From: a virus
Strand: one strand, 5' to 3'
IMG/VR virus record: IMGVR_UViG_3300001796_000001
Length of the DNA: 6,694 nucleotides
Below are positions 1 through 5,333 of the stretch, in pieces. Position 1 is the first letter of the stretch. Every line of letters begins with the position of its first letter. A program made the position numbers and the translations under genes. Below the pieces are notes generated by a model. It did not search any database, was not told where the DNA came from, and worked only from the letters and a program-made list of their open reading frames with translations.

Positions 1-79
1 AATTGAATCCCGGATACGACAGGTATGACCAGAGGATCGTCCCCGGCGAAACGTCGTTCTACTGTGAGACAACGGGGTT
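1..79. repeat. Terminal redundancy, left copy (identical to 6616-6694)
   Basis: Base-by-base comparison shows all 79 nt are identical to the last 79 nt of the window. The copy lies inside the adsorption-protein reading frame. Confidence 0.95.
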
Positions 80-1349
80 GCGGCGTAGTCCGCAGGGTGT
101 ATATGAGCCGTATGGCAAGTGGGGTAACAACGCTACCCGACGCGGTGAATCATGCGAGCCGGGCGAAACGTATAACCCTGACATTGGCGGTTGCGAGACG
201 CCACCTGGTGAAATGGGTGAGGACTGTGACGGCCCGGAGTTCGCGGGCATGCCTGCTATCTACAACAGTCAGGGCGTGTGCGTTTCTTGGGACAAAGCCG
301 ACAAGCCCGCTGTCTGCAAGTCGCTCTCCAAAACGGGCACATCCTTCACCGACCTTTATGTCGCATTCGATGGCGACGGCAATCCCGAAAAACCGCAGGC
401 TGAAAAGTTCGGGTGCGAGGTCAGTGTCGTTGACGTTGCGCAATGCAAAATGCCCGTGCCGAAGTGTGGCTCCGGCATCTGCATCGAGCACATGGTCACT
501 AAATGCCGAGTCGGCGTTACGTTTACAGGGAACGTCGCGGGCGATGGTAACGGGACCGGATATCCGGTATCGGGCGGCGCCGGTGAGGAAGGTGTCTGTC
601 CGGAAGGTGTGGATTGCACGCCAAAGCCTGAGCCGGTCGTGGAAGAGTCCAAGCCGTGTAACTACATGTACAACGGTCAGGTGGTTTCCTGCGAGTCCAG
701 CGAGTTCAAGGGCGATCCCGGTGAGATGAACTGCGGCCGCGTCAACAATGGTCCCTACACCTGCACGAAGAAAGTCCCGCAGTCGAACGGGATCGATATC
801 AAAACGAAGATCACCACCGAGCCGACCGCAGACGGTGGAACCAAGACCACCAAAGAAGACCAGCACACGAAGACGGTTTGTTCCGCTCCGGGCAGCTGCA
901 CTACTCAGGTCACCAACAACAAAACCGTCGTCGTCAAAGACTCATCCGGCAATACCGTGAGCGAATCCGGCGAGTGTACTGGCGCACTTTGTGACGGAAA
1001 GGGCAACGGCAAAACGCCGGGCAAGGGTGGCAACTGTGAGCCGGGTCAGGAATGCGGTACCGAAGAGGAAGATGCCGGCTTCACTGGTCCCCAAAACGAT
1101 GATGCTCCGGGCTTCGGTGAATCGCTCCAGTCGTTCAAGGACAAGGTTTCTTCCGCTCCTCTCATCGCCGGCGTAAGCGCTATCCAGATGCCGTCTGGTG
1201 GCAGCTGCTCGATGGGTTCAGCGTCCACCATGATCGGCACCATTTCGATGGATTCGTTCTGCCACAACAGCGGGTGGCTCGACCCGCTCTATTACGTTTT
1301 TCTCGCGATCGGTGCCCTGAACGCCGTCCGCATTCTCATGAGCGCATAA
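3..1349 (+). CDS. Adsorption / minor coat protein (pIII analogue), C-terminal 448 codons; the 5' part is at 6462-6694
   Basis: Long ORF in the position after the major coat gene. It is Cys-rich, with Gly/Thr-rich linker segments (GNVAGDGNGTGYPVSGGAGEEG, KGNGKTPGKGGN). The C-terminal hydrophobic anchor is LDPLYYVFLAIGALNAVRILMSA. The frame is continuous with 6462-6694 across the junction, giving 500 aa in total. Confidence 0.8.
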   Translation: MNPGYDRYDQRIVPGETSFYCETTGLRRSPQGVYEPYGKWGNNATRRGESCEPGETYNPDIGGCETPPGEMGEDCDGPEFAGMPAIYNSQGVCVSWDKADKPAVCKSLSKTGTSFTDLYVAFDGDGNPEKPQAEKFGCEVSVVDVAQCKMPVPKCGSGICIEHMVTKCRVGVTFTGNVAGDGNGTGYPVSGGAGEEGVCPEGVDCTPKPEPVVEESKPCNYMYNGQVVSCESSEFKGDPGEMNCGRVNNGPYTCTKKVPQSNGIDIKTKITTEPTADGGTKTTKEDQHTKTVCSAPGSCTTQVTNNKTVVVKDSSGNTVSESGECTGALCDGKGNGKTPGKGGNCEPGQECGTEEEDAGFTGPQNDDAPGFGESLQSFKDKVSSAPLIAGVSAIQMPSGGSCSMGSASTMIGTISMDSFCHNSGWLDPLYYVFLAIGALNAVRILMSA

Positions 1350-1358
1350 GGGGGCTTT

Positions 1359-1634
1359 ATGGGTGAGCTACTTTCCGATTTCGCTGGCTGGCTGAAGGAC
1401 GTGCTGCTGTGGGTGCCGCGTAAGCTGTGGTCCGAGCTGCTGGACGGTCTCGCGTCACTGCTGACGGCAATCCCGACGCCCGATTTCGTGATTCAGGCGC
1501 AGGCCGCTATGGGGGGCATCCCGTCGAATGTGGTGTTCTTCGCGTCGAAGTTCGCGGTGCCGGAAAGCATCGCTATGGCGCTTGCGGCCTACGCGATCCG
1601 CTTCCTGATTCGCCGCATTCCGCTTATCGGGTGA
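1359..1634 (+). CDS. pVI-like minor coat / membrane protein (91 aa)
   Basis: The ATG is preceded by the RBS AAGGGGG (1348-1354). The protein has hydrophobic segments and sits between the pIII-like and pI-like genes, as gene VI does in inoviruses. Its stop lies 3 nt before the next ATG. Confidence 0.7.
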   Translation: MGELLSDFAGWLKDVLLWVPRKLWSELLDGLASLLTAIPTPDFVIQAQAAMGGIPSNVVFFASKFAVPESIAMALAAYAIRFLIRRIPLIG

Positions 1635-1637
1635 CCT

Positions 1638-2879
1638 ATGGCTATCGACGCATATACGGGCCTGCCACGGTCGGGCAAAAGCTATTCGGTAGTCAAAAAC
1701 GTGATCCTGCCTTCGCTGCGCGAGGGCCGGCACGTCTACACGAACATCCCGCTAACCGACAAGCTCAAGGAAGAGTTCCCCGGCCAGATTCACCAGTTGG
1801 CCGCGGACTGGTTCAAGGACCCAAACCTGTGCGACAGCTTTCCGCCTGGCGCGGTGGTCATCCTGGACGAACTCTGGCGCCGCTGGCCGTCCGGCATGAA
1901 AACTAACATGGTCAACTTCAAGGATAAGGAGTTCCTTGCCGAGCATGGCCACAACGTCGATGAATTCGGCAACACGACGCGCGTCGTGCTGGTGTCGCAG
2001 GATCTGTCGCAGATTGCCGCCTTTGCTCGTGAGCTGGTTTCGGTAACGTATCGGTCAACCAAGCTGGATGCGGTGGGTGCCGACAAACGATTTCGTGTCG
2101 ATATCTACCAGGGCGCCGTCACTGGCCAGAAGCCGCCGAAAAGTCAGTTCGTGCGCTCGGTGTTCGATAAGTACGAAGATCAGTACTACGTCTATTACAA
2201 GTCGAGCACGAAGAGCGTAACGGGCGAAGTCGGTAACGAAAGCCGTGCCGACAAGCGTGCAAACGTCTGGCGTTCGCCCTGGATCATCGCCAGTCTCGTC
2301 GCCCCGTTTCTGCTTGGTCCCCCGCTGCTCTGGTACATCTACACGCTGTTTTTCGGCGGCATGGGGCTTGTTGAGGAAGAGCCGAAAGAGCCGGTAACGG
2401 CGCAGTCAGCGCTTGTGAATCCGCTCCCGCCCGAGATGGCGCCGGCGCAAGTTGTCACTGTCACGTCACTGCCGCCAGCGTTGCCGGAAAGGCCGCTGGA
2501 ATCACCGACATGGCGCGTTGCTGGCTACATCGAGCGATCTGCTGACCAGTCGCGTTCTGCCGAGTGGTCGTCGCGTGTTGGCTACAACGTGCCAGATGAA
2601 GCCGCGCCACGTGACCGGGTGATGCCTGACGTGGTGCTGCTGGTCTCGGAGTTTCAAGGCAAGCGTTACATGCCGGCTTCTGAGTGCGAGCGCCTGGGCG
2701 ATGGCGTGACGTGGACGTGCATTGTCGATGGTGCGCGTGCTGCGCCGTGGACTGGTCGCGGGTCATCGTCACAATGGGCCGACACATCTGGTCTTGTCGG
2801 GCGGACTGCCTCCGTAGCCAGTGGAGCCACCGAAGCTGTCAGTCCACCGCGAACTACTAACCCGCCCCCTAAAATATAG
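1638..2879 (+). CDS. zot: Zot-family / pI-like phage assembly P-loop ATPase (413 aa)
   Basis: N-terminal Walker A motif GLPRSGKS and Walker B-like VVILDELW. A central TM helix (WIIASLVAPFLLGPPLLWYIYTLFFGG) is followed by a Pro-rich periplasmic tail. Size and position are typical of inovirus gene I. Confidence 0.85.
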   Translation: MAIDAYTGLPRSGKSYSVVKNVILPSLREGRHVYTNIPLTDKLKEEFPGQIHQLAADWFKDPNLCDSFPPGAVVILDELWRRWPSGMKTNMVNFKDKEFLAEHGHNVDEFGNTTRVVLVSQDLSQIAAFARELVSVTYRSTKLDAVGADKRFRVDIYQGAVTGQKPPKSQFVRSVFDKYEDQYYVYYKSSTKSVTGEVGNESRADKRANVWRSPWIIASLVAPFLLGPPLLWYIYTLFFGGMGLVEEEPKEPVTAQSALVNPLPPEMAPAQVVTVTSLPPALPERPLESPTWRVAGYIERSADQSRSAEWSSRVGYNVPDEAAPRDRVMPDVVLLVSEFQGKRYMPASECERLGDGVTWTCIVDGARAAPWTGRGSSSQWADTSGLVGRTASVASGATEAVSPPRTTNPPPKI

Positions 2880-2890
2880 GTAACGTTACC
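2879..2890. promoter_or_regulatory. Operator-like perfect 12-bp palindrome GGTAACGTTACC (site 1)
   Basis: Perfect palindrome that overlaps the zot stop codon and lies just upstream of the predicted -35. The 12-mer AGGTAACGTTAC recurs exactly at 2904-2915 and 3097-3108. Confidence 0.6.
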
Positions 2891-2892
2891 TC

Positions 2893-2921
2893 TTGTATAA
2901 ATAAGGTAACGTTACTAAAAT
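2893..2921 (+). promoter_or_regulatory. Putative sigma70 promoter of the accessory cassette (TTGTAT-17 bp-TAAAAT)
   Basis: The -35 TTGTAT is at 2893-2898 and the -10 TAAAAT at 2916-2921, with a 17-bp spacer. The geometry fits the RBS GGAG (2939-2942) and the ATG at 2951. Operator site 2 fills the spacer. Confidence 0.45.
2905..2915. promoter_or_regulatory. Operator-like site 2 (GGTAACGTTAC, 11 of 12 of the palindrome)
   Basis: Exact repeat of the site 1 core. It lies inside the promoter spacer, 26 bp from site 1. Confidence 0.6.
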
Positions 2922-2950
2922 TGCTCCATAGACAATCTGGAGTGCACGGC

Positions 2951-3322
2951 ATGATCGACCCGACAGACAAAGCTACTCATCCCCTCCCCCTCGACGAGCC
3001 CCCCCAGCGCAAACGCCGTGGTCGCCCTTCGACTGGCAAAGCCATGACGCCAGCTGAAAAACAGCGCGCCTATCGTGAACGCCAGAAGGCGGCACAAGGT
3101 AACGTTACGCCAAAGCTCGTTTCCGGCGCCGTTCTTCTTACAGAGGCCGAGAACACTGCAATTGTTTGCATGCTCCAGGACAAGGCTCGAGAAATTGCGG
3201 TCAGGCGCCTGTCTGGTGGTCCAGTCACACCCGATCAGCTAGAACAGCAGGTGTGGTTATCGACCTTGGCCAGCAAGATCGCTGCATCGTCTCCGAACTC
3301 TCACATGTACCAGGGGAACTGA
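2951..3322 (+). CDS. Basic 123-aa protein, candidate DNA-binding regulator of the accessory cassette
   Basis: ATG at 2951 with GGAG 8 nt upstream. The N-terminus has an AT-hook-like, basic-helix segment (QRKRRGRPSTGKAMTPAEKQRAYRERQKAAQ). The ORF track starts at a TTG at 2921, which would fall inside the predicted promoter. It has no counterpart in the core inovirus gene set. Confidence 0.65.
   Translation: MIDPTDKATHPLPLDEPPQRKRRGRPSTGKAMTPAEKQRAYRERQKAAQGNVTPKLVSGAVLLTEAENTAIVCMLQDKAREIAVRRLSGGPVTPDQLEQQVWLSTLASKIAASSPNSHMYQGN
3098..3108. promoter_or_regulatory. Operator-like site 3 (GGTAACGTTAC), intragenic
   Basis: Third exact copy of AGGTAACGTTAC. It encodes G-N-V-T immediately after the basic segment of the 123-aa ORF, 193 bp from site 2. 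Confidence 0.5.
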
Positions 3323-3325
3323 CAA

Positions 3326-3412
3326 ATGGATGTTCTGTATTCGGATTGGGGCCTGCCGCTATTGCTCGCATGTTCTCTTGCTCTCATGCTTATCGCGCTT
3401 TGTACCGACTGA
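3326..3412 (+). CDS. Possible 28-aa hydrophobic peptide (MDVLYSDWGLPLLLACSLALMLIALCTD)
   Basis: The ATG lies 3 nt after the upstream stop, with AGGGGA 8 nt upstream. It has a single TM-like core and is followed by a terminator at 3441-3459. It is too short for the ORF track, and its third-position GC appears lower than in neighbouring genes, so the call is tentative. Confidence 0.3.
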   Translation: MDVLYSDWGLPLLLACSLALMLIALCTD

Positions 3413-3440
3413 TTACTTTCTCGGTCAGGGGGCAAACCGC

Positions 3441-3459
3441 AAGCCGCAGCGGCTTTTTT
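3441..3459 (+). terminator. Rho-independent terminator closing the accessory cassette and long operon
   Basis: The stem AAGCCG/CGGCTT has a 3-nt loop and runs into TTTTTT. An overlapping A/T-rich inverted repeat follows (TTTTTTCGC-N10-GCGAAAAAA, 3454-3481). Confidence 0.6.
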
Positions 3460-3513
3460 CGCTCGCTTCATCGCGAAAAAAACGAACGGGTGAGGATTTG
3501 AGGCGCTTGCGCC

Positions 3514-3527
3514 GACCCTTGACCCTC
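3514..3527 (+). repeat. Tandem GACCCT[TC] repeats (a third copy at 3587-3593)
   Basis: The sequence reads cGACCCTtGACCCTCc, and TGACCCTC recurs at 3586-3593 on the far side of the long hairpin. This is an iteron-like arrangement in the intergenic region. Confidence 0.4.
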
Positions 3528-3547
3528 CTCCGACCAGATCAAGCTCA

Positions 3548-3590
3548 GGTCATAGGGCAGGGGAAAGCTTTTCTCCCCTGCCCTCTGACC
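3548..3590 (+). other. Long imperfect hairpin (17-bp stem, one mismatch, 9-nt loop); candidate packaging signal or minus-strand origin
   Basis: GGTCATAGGGCAGGGGA (3548-3564) pairs with TCCCCTGCCCTCTGACC (3574-3590) with one mismatch (3553/3585). The loop is AAGCTTTTC. It lies in the main non-coding region. Confidence 0.5.
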
Positions 3591-3611
3591 CTCTGGCGAA
3601 GAGTGGGATGA

Positions 3612-3628
3612 CAAGGGCAAAGCCCTTG
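3612..3628 (+). other. Short hairpin CAAGGGC-AAA-GCCCTTG
   Basis: A 7-bp perfect stem with a 3-nt loop in the intergenic region. Confidence 0.4.
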
Positions 3629-3650
3629 GTGTTGGATAGGCGACACGGAG

Positions 3651-3670
3651 CCGTTAAGATCGCTTGACGG
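3651..3670. promoter_or_regulatory. Degenerate copy of the 20-bp operator (CCGTTAAG-ATCG-CTTGACGG) upstream of rep
   Basis: It has the same 8-4-8 architecture as the palindrome at 5314-5333, with 13 of 16 arm positions identical. It overlaps a possible promoter TTGGAT (3632-3637)-17 bp-TAAGAT (3655-3660). Confidence 0.45.
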
Positions 3671-3676
3671 CAAGGC

Positions 3677-3730
3677 AATAAAAAACCCCGCGAATTGCTC
3701 GTTTGCTTGCCGGCTAAACGATTCGCGGGG
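3677..3730 (-). terminator. Intrinsic terminator oriented on the minus strand, immediately upstream of the rep RBS
   Basis: A 10-bp GC-rich stem (CCCCGCGAAT 3686-3695 / ATTCGCGGGG 3721-3730) has an inner 5-bp stem (3700-3704 / 3716-3720). Read on the minus strand it is followed by TTTTTTATT (plus-strand 3677-3685). No T-run follows it on the plus strand. Confidence 0.55.
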
Positions 3731-3750
3731 CTCGGACGGTCGAGGTCCTG
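3677..3750 (-). ncRNA. Hypothetical countertranscript antisense to the rep translation-initiation region
   Basis: A minus-strand -10-like TAGAAT (plus 3757-3762) overlaps the rep start. The only -35-like element is TTGACG (plus 3783-3788), at a poor 20-bp spacing. The RNA would end at the minus-strand terminator and cover the rep RBS GAGG (3742-3745). Confidence 0.2.
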
Positions 3751-3752
3751 AA

Positions 3753-5132
3753 GTGGATTCTATCTCAAAAGACGCATGGTTGCGTCAAGGCGCTTCGAGC
3801 GCTTCCGCAGCGAGCGGAGCGACCTGCGGCAGCGCCGAAGGCGCCCTTGTTACTACTGCGAAATTCGCGGCCAGAATTAAGGAGGTCGTAGACGAAAAAA
3901 CCGGGGAAATTCAACGGTTTACGTTCGACAGCAAGCGTCGTGAGTTTGTACCCGAGTTCACGGCTGAGCAGGCCCGCGAAGCGCGGTTTTCGCTTCAGGA
4001 CGCCGCTCGTCGTCTTCTTCCCGACCATCGCGTCAGGCACTGCATCCGGACGCTGACGAACAAGGAAGGCTACGTTGGCATCCTCAAGGACTCCGCTACC
4101 GGAAAGGCTCATTACTCGGGGTTGCAGACCTGTTCTTCTGTCTGGTCCTGCCCGATCTGCTCCGCCAAAATCTCGGAACGTCGCAAACTGGAAGTGCGTC
4201 AGGCAATCGACACACACATTTCAGCCGGTGGCGGGGTCGAAATGGTCACGCTCACTGTGCGCCATGCGCGCATGGATGTGCTTTCCGAGCTGATGGGCAA
4301 GCTCCGCGTAGCGACGAAGAAAATGCGCGAGCATCGCGATTACAAGCACCTCCGCGAGTTGTTCGACGTGGTGGGTTCGATCCGGGCCTTAGAGGTAACG
4401 CACGGTAACGCCAATGGCTGGCACCCACACTTCCACGAACTCTGGCTGTTCCCCGAGCCGCTGACCGTTCGCCAGCGGGCTATGCTCCATCGCCTGCTGT
4501 TTGCCGTCTGGAAGACCTCGTCGGTCGCTGCTGGCCTTCCGGCTCCGTCCAGGGAGCGTGGCGTGCACATCCAGCAGGCGGAGTCGGCTGCAGAGTATGT
4601 TGCCAAGTGGGGTACCGAACCCCGATGGGAAGCGGCCAGCGAAGTAACCAAGGCGAACTCCAAGCGCGGGACTGGCAAGGGTCGCACGCCGTTCGATTTG
4701 CTGCGCTCCTACGCCGAAGGCGATGCCCGTTCCGGCGCTCTGTTTGCCGAGTTCTCGGCGGCATTCAAGGGCTATAACCAGCTTCGGTGGACGCCCGGCC
4801 TCAAGGCGCTTTTCCAGATCGCGGACCAGACCGATGAGGAAATCAACCAGGAGGAGATCGCCACCGCTCTCCGTGTCTCGCAGGTCACTCGCGATCAGTG
4901 GCGGATCATCCTCCGGCAGCCATATCAGGCGCGTGCCGTTCTGCTCCGACTGGCTGAGACGGGTGGCCATGAGGCGGTTGCCCGATTCGTCTTTGAACTG
5001 CTGGCCATGCACGGGCCCATCGATCCGCCCAAAATCCGCGATTCGTCTCCCGGTCCCCGTAGTACATCACACCAGCAATCACGGCCTGCGAAGGCAGTTT
5101 TAGCGCCTCGGCAACTCGCACTGCTGACATGA
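3753..5132 (+). CDS. Rolling-circle replication initiator (HUH endonuclease, gene II analogue), 459 aa
   Basis: GTG start with GAGG 7 nt upstream. The RCR motifs appear in order: MVTLTVRH (motif 1), GWHPHFHELW (HUH) and AEYVAKW (catalytic Tyr). A Cys cluster (HC...TCSSVWSCPIC) precedes them. Confidence 0.85.
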   Translation: MDSISKDAWLRQGASSASAASGATCGSAEGALVTTAKFAARIKEVVDEKTGEIQRFTFDSKRREFVPEFTAEQAREARFSLQDAARRLLPDHRVRHCIRTLTNKEGYVGILKDSATGKAHYSGLQTCSSVWSCPICSAKISERRKLEVRQAIDTHISAGGGVEMVTLTVRHARMDVLSELMGKLRVATKKMREHRDYKHLRELFDVVGSIRALEVTHGNANGWHPHFHELWLFPEPLTVRQRAMLHRLLFAVWKTSSVAAGLPAPSRERGVHIQQAESAAEYVAKWGTEPRWEAASEVTKANSKRGTGKGRTPFDLLRSYAEGDARSGALFAEFSAAFKGYNQLRWTPGLKALFQIADQTDEEINQEEIATALRVSQVTRDQWRIILRQPYQARAVLLRLAETGGHEAVARFVFELLAMHGPIDPPKIRDSSPGPRSTSHQQSRPAKAVLAPRQLALLT

Positions 5133-5283
5133 TCGACATGCACTGCTTTCCCGCTCTCTGCTGGCTGATTGCTTGGCGTGTGACGCCCAGTAGTTCGGCC
5201 AGCTTGTAGTCACTCCCTATCCCGCACCTCTCCTTCACCATGTCCAACCACTCGACGGTGGTTGGTGGGGTTTTTTCGTGCAT
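4906..5283 (-). CDS. HTH (Cro/CI/XRE-type) transcriptional repressor, 125 aa
   Basis: The ATG is preceded by GGGAG (5-nt spacing). It carries a classic helix-turn-helix, SDYKLAELLGVTRQAISQQRAGK. It is divergent from the ssb operon. The first in-frame stop is at 4906-4908, so the last 227 nt overlap rep antisense. Confidence 0.75.
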   Translation of the reverse strand: MHEKTPPTTVEWLDMVKERCGIGSDYKLAELLGVTRQAISQQRAGKQCMSIMSAVRVAEALKLPSQAVIAGVMYYGDRETNRGFWADRWARAWPAVQRRIGQPPHGHPSQPVGAERHAPDMAAGG

Positions 5284-5313
5284 GTTGACTCCCGCAATAG
5301 TTAAGGCTACTTT

Positions 5314-5333
5314 ACGTCAAGTGCACTTGACGT
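5314..5333. promoter_or_regulatory. Perfect 20-bp palindromic operator ACGTCAAGTGCACTTGACGT
   Basis: Perfect dyad with 8-bp arms and the 4-bp centre TGCA, located between the divergent repressor and ssb-like genes. A possible plus-strand promoter, TTGACT (5285-5290)-17 bp-TACTTT (5308-5313), would start transcription inside it. Confidence 0.65.

Noticed and set aside
1-79. The 79-nt terminal repeat read as att sites, LTRs or target-site duplication
   Set aside because: The repeat sits in the middle of the adsorption-protein reading frame and restores it in frame. It is therefore a circular-permutation or assembly overlap, or a tandem copy, not a recombination scar.
25-1267. Alternative-frame and antisense ORFs inside the pIII-like gene (25-729, 59-250, 150-866, 356-652, 748-960, 991-1176, 1046-1267)
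   Set aside because: They are fully nested in a long ORF with clear protein features. Their translations are Arg/Ala/Pro-rich and low-complexity, as expected for shadow ORFs in GC-rich DNA, and none has an RBS context.
1427-2787. Shadow ORFs overlapping the pVI-like and zot genes (1427-1906, 1455-1733, 1752-1952, 1790-2086, 2461-2787)
   Set aside because: They are nested in genes with strong motif support (Walker A/B, TM helix). Their composition is typical of off-frame GC-rich translation.
2891-2921. Possible XerCD dif-like attP around TGTATAAATAAGG, and another around 6596-6625 (ATGCGTATTATCAGCAATTGAAT)
   Set aside because: Both resemble the dif consensus (GCGCATAA-TGTATA-TTATGTTAAAT) only partially, with about 6-7 of 11 matches in the XerD arm. 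The second candidate lies inside coding sequence. The evidence is not strong enough to call an attachment site.
2921-2950. TTG start at 2921 for the accessory ORF, as given in the ORF track
   Set aside because: This start would lie inside the predicted -10 element and has no RBS. The ATG at 2951 has GGAG at ideal spacing. The upstream 10 codons are therefore probably 5' UTR.
3166-3611. ORFs 3166-3501 and 3330-3611 spanning the intergenic region
   Set aside because: They read straight through the intrinsic terminator, the A/T dyad and the long hairpin. Their translations are Arg/Leu/Ser-rich with no domain-like features. They are better explained as non-coding structured DNA.
3765-5143. Off-frame and antisense ORFs within rep (3765-4217, 4075-4293, 4340-4687, 4389-5012, 4480-4764, 4723-5103, 4925-5143)
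   Set aside because: All are nested in the HUH Rep gene. They show no RBS or motif support and have shadow-ORF composition. Only the 4906-5283 minus-strand ORF has an RBS and a clear HTH.
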